A DNA stretch of 62,843 nt from a virus (taxonomy: Duplodnaviria; Heunggongvirae; Uroviricota; Caudoviricetes), in the IMG/VR virus record IMGVR_UViG_3300021963_000042, positions 64,001 to 126,843 of that record; one strand, written 5' to 3'. Below the pieces are notes generated by a model that saw only the letters and a program-made list of their open reading frames with translations, was not told where the DNA came from and did not search any database. The position numbers and the translations under genes are program-made. Within the stretch, counting starts at the first letter, position 1, and the number at the start of each line of letters is the position of its first letter. This document shows, in pieces, positions 53,739 to 62,242 of the stretch.

Positions 53739-55186
53739 GTTTTCTCGCAGTAGAATGTTACAAATCCAAACTTGCTGTTGATAATTTGTACGTTGCTGAA
53801 TCCAACTTCCTTCAATGTATCCAAGTACCAGTCGATTGGTAGCAGATTCATGTATCCTTGAAGTTTCTTTTCTTTCTCATAGATGTATTCATCAGTGATA
53901 CCATTCGCTCTCTTAAAATCATAGTAGAGTTCTTTTACAGTTTCACTTTGCGGAGTCTTATCACTCAGAATGAAAGTTCCATTCAACGAGAGAGAGTTGT
54001 ATATATCTTGTATGTATTGCTTACGTTCGTTAACGAAATGTAACGTCCAGTTAGCCATCACAAAATCAGGTGTTATTCCTTCTGGGAATGTTTCTGACAG
54101 CGTTACGCAGCTGGAGTAGGCAGAGTTCTCTATCATCGCCTTGCTTGATTCTACACCATACACGTTGATGAAACCAGAGTCAACGAATCGTTCGATAGTA
54201 TGACCAAGAGCAGAACCAACATCGATAATGTGTGACTCAGGGTCGTGACGTCTCTTAGCAATCTGTATACACAGATCAATCACACGATCGTAGTCAGGTA
54301 TATTCGTAGTTGCTTCATCTTGAAAACGCTTAGCTACCGAAGTGTCAAACTCCCACTTGGGTGTTTTAATGACAGTAGACTTATTAGCATGCACATACGC
54401 AGGATTTTCTCTCTGAACATTATGATGCACGTTGTATTGTAGGGATGATGTAATCTTCTTACGTGTCCTACGATAGCGAACCATATATCGCTTAGGTGCA
54501 GCATAAACCTCAGAAACATTTATCTCAATGTCATCGTTGTAAGCATCATGGCTGCTCTCAATCTTTTGAGGATAGATTCTATCTCCATGCAACTCAAAAC
54601 CATTCTCTCCCATCACAGCACGCATCGCATTATATCCAACAGCTGATGACCAACCAGCGTATGGCTTACCGATTGTATCTGAAACCATGTTGAATATTTT
54701 GAACTGAACCGTAGGTATACCTGCAGATTCATCAGCTTCGTGCGTCTCAATAATAACAAACTCTTTCGTCACACGACTCATCTGCTCAACGAAACCGATG
54801 GCATTAACATAACAGTGAATGATGCCAGAAGCAATCACGATGTCATACGTCTGGTCTGGTGTGTCTTTTAGATACTCGAGTGTTTCAGCTTGTTCAATTC
54901 TGAAGTCTGCGTCAGACCAGTGCTCAGATAAAAGTTCCTTCGACTTATCGCAGAAACTCTTTTGAATATCGATGCCTGTGTAATGCTTGGCACCATTGGC
55001 TAGCGCCCAATGACCAAACGCACCTAAGCAATGTCCGAGGTCCAGAATAGTTTTACCTTCAACTAACCACTTAGGTAGCAGTGCTTCGCATCGTCTGGTT
55101 AAAGACTCAGCGTTTACCTGTGTTGTTCCTCTGGACTTTCTAACATCGTTAGTCACAAACTCATCATATTCTTCAAAGAACATCAT
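53735..55186 (-). CDS. Two-domain SAM methyltransferase; C-terminal domain CmoA-like
   Basis: N-terminal ILDLGHCLG...YTGIDI; C-terminal WEFDTSVA.RF...IPDY, IIDVGSALG, NWTLHF, ILSDK, DFKRANG. Confidence 0.8.
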   Translation of the reverse strand: MMFFEEYDEFVTNDVRKSRGTTQVNAESLTRRCEALLPKWLVEGKTILDLGHCLGAFGHWALANGAKHYTGIDIQKSFCDKSKELLSEHWSDADFRIEQAETLEYLKDTPDQTYDIVIASGIIHCYVNAIGFVEQMSRVTKEFVIIETHEADESAGIPTVQFKIFNMVSDTIGKPYAGWSSAVGYNAMRAVMGENGFELHGDRIYPQKIESSHDAYNDDIEINVSEVYAAPKRYMVRYRRTRKKITSSLQYNVHHNVQRENPAYVHANKSTVIKTPKWEFDTSVAKRFQDEATTNIPDYDRVIDLCIQIAKRRHDPESHIIDVGSALGHTIERFVDSGFINVYGVESSKAMIENSAYSSCVTLSETFPEGITPDFVMANWTLHFVNERKQYIQDIYNSLSLNGTFILSDKTPQSETVKELYYDFKRANGITDEYIYEKEKKLQGYMNLLPIDWYLDTLKEVGFSNVQIINSKFGFVTFYCEKT

Positions 55187-55863
55187 AGTTCTATGCTACC
55201 CATGTTGTATAGAAGTTCTTCATTCTTAGCTAACTCTTTGATGAAGTCAGAGTGCTTCCAATGAATGTTTGAGATGATGGCTAGTCGATAATCAAAGCGA
55301 GCACAGTTATAGTCTGTCGGCTCAACAAAGTGTGTGACGTATCCTGGATGGATAACCATCAGACCACGCTCGACTGCAACACGTTTAAATGGAGTAAACT
55401 GATTGTGCCACAGAACGCCACCACGTGGATCTAGCAACATCAAATTGCCAGCATTGCGATCGGGTACATCGATGTAGATAATACCAACACCGAGTGTTTG
55501 AGCATGCTTGTGTGGCGAGATGCGATAGATGGAGTTTTGTTTTACTTCACGGAAATAACCTTTGCTACCAAACAAAGGTGGTAGTGGCATTTCGGTTAGT
55601 GGGCGATAGTAGTGGTCAGTCAACTCAACCATTTTATCTCTCACCTGAATCATGGTGTCAGGTAGATCAGGAAGTTCCCATAGATTGGTTTGGTTGAGAG
55701 TCCCAGGTGCTCCAGGCTTGAGAAGATACTTGACGTCTTCGCACAGCTTGTCTAGGAATTCATCATCAAATGGTTTAGCAGTGACGATGGGTGTATGCCA
55801 AAGGTTATGAACTTTGTGGGCATAATCTTTGTCATGTTCAAGGTAGGTAATTTTCTTTTCCAT
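55183..55863 (-). CDS. 2OG-Fe(II) oxygenase (TIGR02466-like)
   Basis: PHKH...GIIYI...GNL.L.DPR...G.M..HPGY..H.V...RLAI.SN. Confidence 0.78.
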   Translation of the reverse strand: MEKKITYLEHDKDYAHKVHNLWHTPIVTAKPFDDEFLDKLCEDVKYLLKPGAPGTLNQTNLWELPDLPDTMIQVRDKMVELTDHYYRPLTEMPLPPLFGSKGYFREVKQNSIYRISPHKHAQTLGVGIIYIDVPDRNAGNLMLLDPRGGVLWHNQFTPFKRVAVERGLMVIHPGYVTHFVEPTDYNCARFDYRLAIISNIHWKHSDFIKELAKNEELLYNMGSIEL

Positions 55864-55890
55864 AGTATATCTCAGTTAAGTTACACTTGA

Positions 55891-55898
55891 TATTTATA
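55891..55898 (-). promoter_or_regulatory. T4 late promoter TATAAATA
   Basis: Perfect consensus 28 nt upstream of the 55863 start, directly after a terminator. Confidence 0.75.
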
Positions 55899-55902
55899 CA
55901 TC

Positions 55903-55933
55903 AAAAAAAGAGCAGTGGGTTTAGGCACTGCTC
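55903..55933 (-). terminator. Intrinsic terminator
   Basis: 8-bp stem GAGCAGTG/CACTGCTC followed by U7. Confidence 0.8.
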
Positions 55934-56176
55934 TATAAAATGCATTTCTGCATGATCCCAGTCTAGCTGGTGAACTATTTAGTAACTTCGCACTTCCTTT
56001 CGGTAATTTTCTGGGTCGTCAATCATTCTGTACTTAGAAGATGTATCAAGGAATTCTCTGATAAAATCAGCTTTTCCTTGCTGCAGTAGTTGATACGCTT
56101 GCGCATAGTTGATTTCCTCTTTGTTATTATTATTATTGGGAACCAGCCCTCTGTGGAGCCGTAGAATTATTTAGAC

Positions 56177-56208
56177 AAAAAAAATCCCTGGAACCGAAAT
56201 TCCAGGGA
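56177..56208 (-). terminator. Intrinsic terminator
   Basis: 9-bp stem TCCCTGGAA/TTCCAGGGA followed by U8. Confidence 0.85.
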
Positions 56209-56219
56209 AATTTTTATTT

Positions 56220-56849
56220 TTATTTTATAAAGGTAAACAGAGACTCTAGAGGTTGCCTAACTTTCTTTTCATTAACCATCCAATCATTTTCTACATCTCT
56301 ATAACCTAAAGGAAGTAGTAAGACGACTTTACAATCATTCAAGTTCAAAATGCGTTCTACGTCTTGTACCTCAAAACCTTCTATCGGTGTGGCGTCTACA
56401 CCTTCCATCGCAGCAGCAATTAATGCCGTGCCGATGGCGATATATGTTTGCCTAGATGTATGTGTACTCTGAACATGTGGAGGCATAAGTGGCAATCTTC
56501 TCTTTAGACTTTCTCTATACTTCTCCAATTCAGGTCGAACGTAACCTCTCTCTTTATGAATTAGATCGTAAGCATTGTCTATCTTACCACCAGTATATCT
56601 GCCCCAAGCAGCAAATACAAGTAGATGAGAACAGTCTACAACTTGCGACTGGTTTCTTGCACTACTCATAATCTTTGCTTGTAACTCTTTGTCAGTTATA
56701 ACAAAGATATGATAAGGTTGAAGACCACTAGAAGATGGAGTTAGTCGTATCGCTTCCAAGATCCTGTCGATCTTTTCTTGATCGACAGGTTTGTTTTGGT
56801 CCATCTTCTTGGTGGCATAACGCCACCTCATCGCCTCAAGCAGATTCAT
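56220..56849 (-). CDS. Nitroreductase (NfsB-like NAD(P)H:FMN oxidoreductase)
   Basis: WRYATKKMD, IRLTPSSSGLQPY, NQSQV.DCSHLLVF, YIAIG..L.AAA..GVDATPIEGF, K.R.P. Confidence 0.9.
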   Translation of the reverse strand: MNLLEAMRWRYATKKMDQNKPVDQEKIDRILEAIRLTPSSSGLQPYHIFVITDKELQAKIMSSARNQSQVVDCSHLLVFAAWGRYTGGKIDNAYDLIHKERGYVRPELEKYRESLKRRLPLMPPHVQSTHTSRQTYIAIGTALIAAAMEGVDATPIEGFEVQDVERILNLNDCKVVLLLPLGYRDVENDWMVNEKKVRQPLESLFTFIK

Positions 56850-56850
56850 C

Positions 56851-57324
56851 TTATGCTGCTCGCATGTATGACTTGTACCTGTCTGCAGCATAACTTGCAG
56901 CGAATGCCTTTGGTTTAACCATAGGCACCACGTTGCACATACCACGAATGTAGCCAGTCGCTTCGTTGATAACACAAGAGCTGCCATGCATTTCGTTAGG
57001 GTTGATGTCCAAGTGAACTTCAACTTCTCTATCTTCTAACACATCGTGCAACTTCTGATACAACTCTGCAATCTTGTAAACTTCGTTCATTAGACGCATA
57101 CGTGGTCTGTCTCGTTTCTGATCCCAGTCACGTTCACGAACTACTTCACCGAAGATTTTACAGCCATTGTTACCATTGATATGAACAACAACAACCATAA
57201 TGTAATCTGCGTACCAATCATTTCCTATATTAAATCTTTCGGAATCCCCACCAATATAAATTTTAGTCTCTGGGGTTTGAGCCTCGATAAATGCTTTCAC
57301 TTCTTCAATATCGATTTTACGCAT
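56851..57324 (-). CDS. RNase H-like YkuK family protein
   Basis: KIYIGGDS, VVVH..G.NG.KIF, RL.NEV, EVHLDINP...GS. Confidence 0.75.
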   Translation of the reverse strand: MRKIDIEEVKAFIEAQTPETKIYIGGDSERFNIGNDWYADYIMVVVVHINGNNGCKIFGEVVRERDWDQKRDRPRMRLMNEVYKIAELYQKLHDVLEDREVEVHLDINPNEMHGSSCVINEATGYIRGMCNVVPMVKPKAFAASYAADRYKSYMRAA

Positions 57325-57353
57325 ATTACACCTGTCTTTCTCCTGTTAAAAAT

Positions 57354-57427
57354 TGGAGCGGATAGAGGGAATCGAACCCTACTCTGCGCAGCTTGGAAGG
57401 CTGGCGACACACCTCGTGCTTACCCGC
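57354..57427 (-). tRNA. tRNA-Gly(TCC)
   Basis: Cloverleaf, loop CT-TCC-AA, GGTTCGATTCC T arm, CCA encoded. Confidence 0.9.
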
Positions 57428-57893
57428 AATTATTTGTTGTATACCTTAGTACAACTGATAGTCTCCTACCTTGTTTAACTAAATTCACTGAATGTGTATA
57501 CTTTCTCGTATCATTACCTGCAGGGAACAGAACGAATGTACCCTTTGGGCATTTTAATTGCATATTAAATGCATTAAAAACTAACTCACCACCATCATAC
57601 TCAGATGGGTCGTTCATGAATAAAATTCCTGTTTGCTTCCACTTGTAATCACCATCAAATGATAGACCATCAAAATGTGGAGTCATAGCAGAACCAACAT
57701 TGTATGTTAGAAACTCAAAACTGGATATTTCTCCAAACTTGACAGCTTCTTTATATACAGGTGGATAGGAGATACCACTAACTGTCTTCACATTCTGCTG
57801 GTTTGGGTAATCCTTCGCTTTAGAAATATCGATACTCGCAATGAGTTTATCGATGACTTCCTCACTCACCAGATTTGGAATTATCTTTATCAT
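57420..57893 (-). CDS. 2OG-Fe(II) oxygenase (prolyl-4-hydroxylase-like)
   Basis: Y.VG....PHFD...T.ILFMN....Y.GGEL.F...G..VLFP....H.V..V..G.R. Confidence 0.85.
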   Translation of the reverse strand: MIKIIPNLVSEEVIDKLIASIDISKAKDYPNQQNVKTVSGISYPPVYKEAVKFGEISSFEFLTYNVGSAMTPHFDGLSFDGDYKWKQTGILFMNDPSEYDGGELVFNAFNMQLKCPKGTFVLFPAGNDTRKYTHSVNLVKQGRRLSVVLRYTTNNCG

Positions 57894-58053
57894 CTTCTTT
57901 AAAAATAAGTTTAGCCGAACCAATAGTTCCTGGCATATCTAGCACCTGTTCTGATTTTTTATTCTTACCGAAGATCGTTTCCCAGCGATTGTCGAATTCA
58001 TCCTTACTCACTGCTAATGGTCTTGGTTTATCACCTTTACCGCCATCTGACAT
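57862..58053 (-). CDS. Small conserved phage protein
   Basis: MSDGGKGDKPRP...F..RW..IF. Confidence 0.65.
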   Translation of the reverse strand: MSDGGKGDKPRPLAVSKDEFDNRWETIFGKNKKSEQVLDMPGTIGSAKLIFKEDDKDNSKSGE

Positions 58054-58063
58054 ATAGTTCCTC

Positions 58064-58960
58064 TTATCTTTTTAAGTCGTATATTTCTCGTGCTTCATCA
58101 TAGTTGGCAATTTCACCGCCAAGATCTTTGATGATGCGAACTGCTTTCTGCACTAACTGAGCATTGGTCTCTGCCAACACACCCTTCTCAAGATATACAT
58201 TGTCTTCAATACCTACACGAACATGACCACCATACAACCATGTAGTTGCAACCATTGGCATTTCTTCTCTGCCGATACCGAATGCCGACCACAGAGCATC
58301 ATCTGGTAGCATGCTTTGATAGTAAGATATTGCTTGTGGTGTCGGCATAATACCATACTTAACACCAGTAGCAAATTGCCACAGAGGTTTACCAACAGTA
58401 AACAATCCCTGTGCTTCAAATTCTTTTGCCAGGAAGAAATCTCCAGAACCGAAAATCTCTAACTCAGGTTTGGTTCCAACTGACTGGATCATCTTCAACA
58501 TATCCTTAACTACATAAGGCATATTCATTCGGATGCGTTTTTGATCACCCTCGTTCATTGTGTTGAAGTCGATTGAACAGATGTCAGGTTTAATTTCCAT
58601 AACATGTCTAACTCTAGTTCTAGCATTTAACATGGTAGAGTTAGAAGTACCAGACATCATCCTAACAGATTCTGGGATAAACTTAGCACCTGGACCTGTA
58701 GTAAGGTTGATAATTAGTTTATCGTTCTGTTTTCTAATTAAGTTAACAGTTTCTTTATACAGTTCCAGATCAAAGCTGGAAGCACCAGTTGCAGGATCTC
58801 TAACGTGTAAGTGAACTACAGCAGCGCCAGCATCAGCAGATTCTAATGCAGATGTTGCGATCTGTTCTGGTGTAATCGGCAGATACGGAGTTTGTTCTTT
58901 CGTTGTAACACCACCAGTAATTGCGCAGGTTAAAACTGTTTTCTGTTTTCGTGTAATCAT
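58064..58960 (-). CDS. Beta-keto acid cleavage enzyme (BKACE/Kce, DUF849)
   Basis: LTCAITG...TPYLPITPEQIA..A.E...AGAAVVHLHVRDP, NLTTG, PDICSID..TMN, KPELEIF, GHVRVGIEDNVY. Confidence 0.93.
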   Translation of the reverse strand: MITRKQKTVLTCAITGGVTTKEQTPYLPITPEQIATSALESADAGAAVVHLHVRDPATGASSFDLELYKETVNLIRKQNDKLIINLTTGPGAKFIPESVRMMSGTSNSTMLNARTRVRHVMEIKPDICSIDFNTMNEGDQKRIRMNMPYVVKDMLKMIQSVGTKPELEIFGSGDFFLAKEFEAQGLFTVGKPLWQFATGVKYGIMPTPQAISYYQSMLPDDALWSAFGIGREEMPMVATTWLYGGHVRVGIEDNVYLEKGVLAETNAQLVQKAVRIIKDLGGEIANYDEAREIYDLKR

Positions 58961-59700
58961 ACTAAACCTCTTCCACCATCAATGGCGACAGTAATACCAG
59001 TTGTAAATCTGACTGTTGTTGCATATGCTTCGATCGCATTAGCAACATCTTCAGTGTTAGAACCACGACGTAAAGGAATCTTCATACCAGATTTAATCTT
59101 GTGGTCTTGAGAGAATCCTGAGAAGTTAGAATCTGTAACCACAGGTGGTGCGATTGCGATAACTCTAATCTTCGGAGCAAGTGCTCTTGCCAGATCTTTA
59201 GTCATACCATTGATGGCAGACTTAGATGCAGCATACATAATGTTACTACCATATCCCTTACCCTCTGCAGCACCTGATGATATATTAATCACCAATGCAT
59301 GATTGCTCTTTTTAAGTAGGGGAAGAAATGCTCTAGTGGTTGTGAACTGAGACTTTAGATTGACGCTAAGAATTTTATCAATCAACTCATCAGTCATTGC
59401 ATCTAGATTATGATGTTCAATGATTGTTGTCCAACCAGCATTATTAATCAGAATGTCACACTGTTCAATTTTACTTGCAACAGTGTTAATAGCAGAAGTA
59501 TCTGTAACATCTGCGATATACAGATGTCCCTTTATCGACTGATAGAAACTTCTAACAGAATCTTCATCTGTTCTGGCAATTCCGATAATATGTGCGCCCA
59601 GCTTATGTAGTCGCTTGGCAGTTGCTCTAGCAATTGCACCATTGGCACCAGTAATAACCACTGCTTGTCCAGACAGAGAACTCAATTTCTCAAATGACAT
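58957..59700 (-). CDS. Short-chain dehydrogenase/reductase (SDR)
   Basis: TGANGAIA, LINNAG, INISS, YAASK, IRV.AIAP, TG..VAIDGG. Confidence 0.93.
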   Translation of the reverse strand: MSFEKLSSLSGQAVVITGANGAIARATAKRLHKLGAHIIGIARTDEDSVRSFYQSIKGHLYIADVTDTSAINTVASKIEQCDILINNAGWTTIIEHHNLDAMTDELIDKILSVNLKSQFTTTRAFLPLLKKSNHALVINISSGAAEGKGYGSNIMYAASKSAINGMTKDLARALAPKIRVIAIAPPVVTDSNFSGFSQDHKIKSGMKIPLRRGSNTEDVANAIEAYATTVRFTTGITVAIDGGRGLV

Positions 59701-61126
59701 AACGATCCTTATAATATTGTTTCAAGACAACTTTATCTATTTTACCGCTACCAGTAGTTGGCATCTCATCAAGAAAAATAATTTTTCTTGGATGCTTATA
59801 AGCAGCAGTCTTACTTAGTATATATTCCTTTAACTGTTGTTCATCAACATCAGATGCAACAACAAATGCTACTGGGATAAAAGACTTTATCTCGTCTTCA
59901 ACTGCAATAACTGCAGAATGTTTAACACCTGCAACTTCTTCTAAGAGAGTTTCAATTTCAAATGGGTAAACGATGTTACCGCCAGATTTGAACATTTCAT
60001 CTGCTCTTCCTAAGCAGTAGTAGAATCCATTTTTGTCGACAGTAAATATATCTTTCGTATTATACCATCCATCATCAGAAACAACTTCATTAAACAATTC
60101 TTGTTTATTGTTGTATCCTTTCATGATAGAAGGTACTTTTATGTGAAGAACACTATCTACAAGTTTATATTCAACTCCTGATAACGGATACCCAACGCTA
60201 GTTGTTGGGATTGCTATCTTCTTTGGGTGAGAACCAAACATTCCTGGACCAGTTTCTGTAGTCCCATATGTTACAATAACTCTTGAATTTTTGAAGTAAC
60301 TTTTTATCTTATTGATTATAGATTCTGTAGTGATAGAACTGCCGATTCGAATTAGTCGCACAGAAGATAGATCTCTGTTTTCTATCGAAGAATCATTAAC
60401 CAATAAAGCCATTGCCGTGGTAATGGTTGGAATCAAATTGATTTTGTATTGATCAATCGCATCCAGTGCAAGTTTAGTGTTGAACTTATTTAATAGAACT
60501 ACAAGATTACCACGCTTTAATTGGATTTCAATATTGGCTAAAGCATTCAAGTGATAGAGTGGCGTCATCACCAACACTTTATCTTTCTTGAACGGATCAC
60601 CACCAGCATTAACGTGCATGTCAATAATCCAGTAATGATTTTTATGGGAGTATGCTACACCTTTGGGTACGCCAGTAGAACCTGATGTATACAGATATAC
60701 AGCAAGATCTGGATCTTGCACCATGTCAAAGTCACCAGCATCATAGAAAGAATCTATGTCTGACAGATTGACTGTGTTTACGTTGAACTTTTTATGGGAG
60801 GTTGTGAACAGTAGTTGTGATTTGCTGTCTGATAAAACATATTCAATCTGCTCATCAGTCATCTTGTCGTTGACCAATACAGCAATAACACCAGCCTTCA
60901 ATGCGCCATAATATGCAACTATGTAATTGAAACTATTTTCTGATAGTATAGCAATACATTGCTGTTGCTTTACACCAGCCTTAATTAAACCACGTGCGAA
61001 CCATGAAGACTTCTCATCTAAATCTCTATACGTATAGGTTTTATGTGGTGCGTTATCGCACACCTCAACGAGAAATTGTTTGTTCGCAAAGTTTTTATTG
61101 ATTACTGATGCTAAATTCATAGACAT
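59690..61126 (-). CDS. AMP-dependent acyl-CoA synthetase (class I adenylate-forming enzyme)
   Basis: YTSGSTGVPKG, PLYHLNA, YGTTETGP, GWYNTKD, GRADE.FKSGG..VYP.EIE, P.T..GKIDK. Confidence 0.93.
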   Translation of the reverse strand: MSMNLASVINKNFANKQFLVEVCDNAPHKTYTYRDLDEKSSWFARGLIKAGVKQQQCIAILSENSFNYIVAYYGALKAGVIAVLVNDKMTDEQIEYVLSDSKSQLLFTTSHKKFNVNTVNLSDIDSFYDAGDFDMVQDPDLAVYLYTSGSTGVPKGVAYSHKNHYWIIDMHVNAGGDPFKKDKVLVMTPLYHLNALANIEIQLKRGNLVVLLNKFNTKLALDAIDQYKINLIPTITTAMALLVNDSSIENRDLSSVRLIRIGSSITTESIINKIKSYFKNSRVIVTYGTTETGPGMFGSHPKKIAIPTTSVGYPLSGVEYKLVDSVLHIKVPSIMKGYNNKQELFNEVVSDDGWYNTKDIFTVDKNGFYYCLGRADEMFKSGGNIVYPFEIETLLEEVAGVKHSAVIAVEDEIKSFIPVAFVVASDVDEQQLKEYILSKTAAYKHPRKIIFLDEMPTTGSGKIDKVVLKQYYKDRYVI

Positions 61127-61131
61127 TCAAT

Positions 61132-61207
61132 TGGTGCCCCAAGAGAGACTCGAACTCCCGACCTTCGCATTACTAATGCGCTGCTCTACCAACTGAGCTA
61201 TTAGGGC
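61132..61207 (-). tRNA. tRNA-Thr(AGT)
   Basis: 76-nt cloverleaf; G1-C72, C2-G71; loop TT-AGT-AA; CCA encoded. Confidence 0.85.
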
Positions 61208-61209
61208 AT

Positions 61210-61719
61210 TTAATATTCACTTATTTTAACGTCTTTCAATGCTGCTACAGTTTCATCGTAAGATGCTTCTTTAACACAAAGACTTAAAATTATTCTTTCC
61301 TGATTAGACATGTTCATAACACAATGCTCATGTTTAACATTAAGAATAGTGGGTTTGTATAGTATATATTTCACTTCATCAAGTGTATAGTACAAAGATT
61401 TGTTTTCAACATCATCATAAAGTTTGGATCTATAAAAAGCACGTCCACCTGTATCATTGATTGGAAAATTTATAGAGCACTGTCTGACGTTTTTGTCAAT
61501 GTGCCAGTCATACAATGAGTTTGGTGGATTCTTAATCCATAACGCACTTACGTCGCCGATTAAATTCTTCAGCGACCTAATAAAATTAGAATTGTTAAAC
61601 ATAGTTCCCGCACGATAATCGTTTGGTGATACGTTTAATTTATAGGTAGCATTCATCCCTTCTTTGATGTATCGTGAAGATAGATCAGGAAAATGCTCTA
61701 AGCAATAATAATTTTTCAT
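61210..61719 (-). CDS. Putative 2OG-Fe(II) oxygenase / cupin-like protein
   Basis: YDWHID...SINFP...PTILNV...H.V.N.S...R.ILS; start trimmed to 61719 because the longer ORF overlaps tRNA-Ala. Confidence 0.65.
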   Translation of the reverse strand: MKNYYCLEHFPDLSSRYIKEGMNATYKLNVSPNDYRAGTMFNNSNFIRSLKNLIGDVSALWIKNPPNSLYDWHIDKNVRQCSINFPINDTGGRAFYRSKLYDDVENKSLYYTLDEVKYILYKPTILNVKHEHCVMNMSNQERIILSLCVKEASYDETVAALKDVKISEY

Positions 61720-61727
61720 TTTATCCT

Positions 61728-61802
61728 TGGTGGACCGTAAGAGAATCGAACTCTTACCTCTGACGTGCAAAGCCAGCGTGCTCCCATTATCACTAACAGC
61801 CC
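61728..61802 (-). tRNA. tRNA-Ala(TGC)
   Basis: G3:U70, loop TT-TGC-AC, CCA. Confidence 0.92.
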
Positions 61803-61807
61803 AAGTA

Positions 61808-61882
61808 TGGCTCCACAGGCAGGGATCGAACCTACGACCAATTGATTAACAGTCAACTGCACTACCGCTGTGCTACTGTGGA
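61808..61882 (-). tRNA. tRNA-Asn(GTT)
   Basis: Loop CT-GTT-AA, G73, CCA. Confidence 0.92.
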
Positions 61883-61906
61883 ATATAACTATCTATTCTA
61901 AAATTT

Positions 61907-61980
61907 TGGTGCCCCATGACAGAATCGAACTGCCATCCTCGGATTACAAAACCGATGTTCTACCATTTAACTAATGGGGC
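61907..61980 (-). tRNA. tRNA-Thr(TGT)
   Basis: Loop TT-TGT-AA, CCA. Confidence 0.9.
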
Positions 61981-61984
61981 GAAT

Positions 61985-62061
<77 letters not shown>

Positions 62062-62068
62062 ATAAAAC

Positions 62069-62143
62069 TGGTGGTGATGGTTGGATTCGAGCCAACGACC
62101 TGCTCCGTATGAAGGAGATGCACTACCGCTGTGCTACATCACC
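62069..62143 (-). tRNA. tRNA with CAT anticodon (Met or Ile2)
   Basis: Loop TT-CAT-AC; T loop CTCGAAT (C at position 54); CCA. Confidence 0.82.
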
Positions 62144-62242
62144 ATAAAGGGTTATACTGGCAGGTGCGGTATCTGGTCTCGACTTTAGGATGTCTCAACT
62201 TGCCCATGCTCCTTTTTCTTTCCTTACCAATACAACTTTTTA

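Noticed and set aside
55982-56170. Alternative open frame NNNNNKEEINYAQAYQLLQQGKADFIREF...
   Set aside because: It looks protein-like but has no start codon before an upstream in-frame stop. It is left unannotated and covered under the sRNA/micro-ORF finding.
56850-57023. N-terminal extension of the nitroreductase ORF (267 aa in track)
   Set aside because: It overlaps the YkuK-like gene in another frame; nitroreductase homology starts at MNLLEA (56849).
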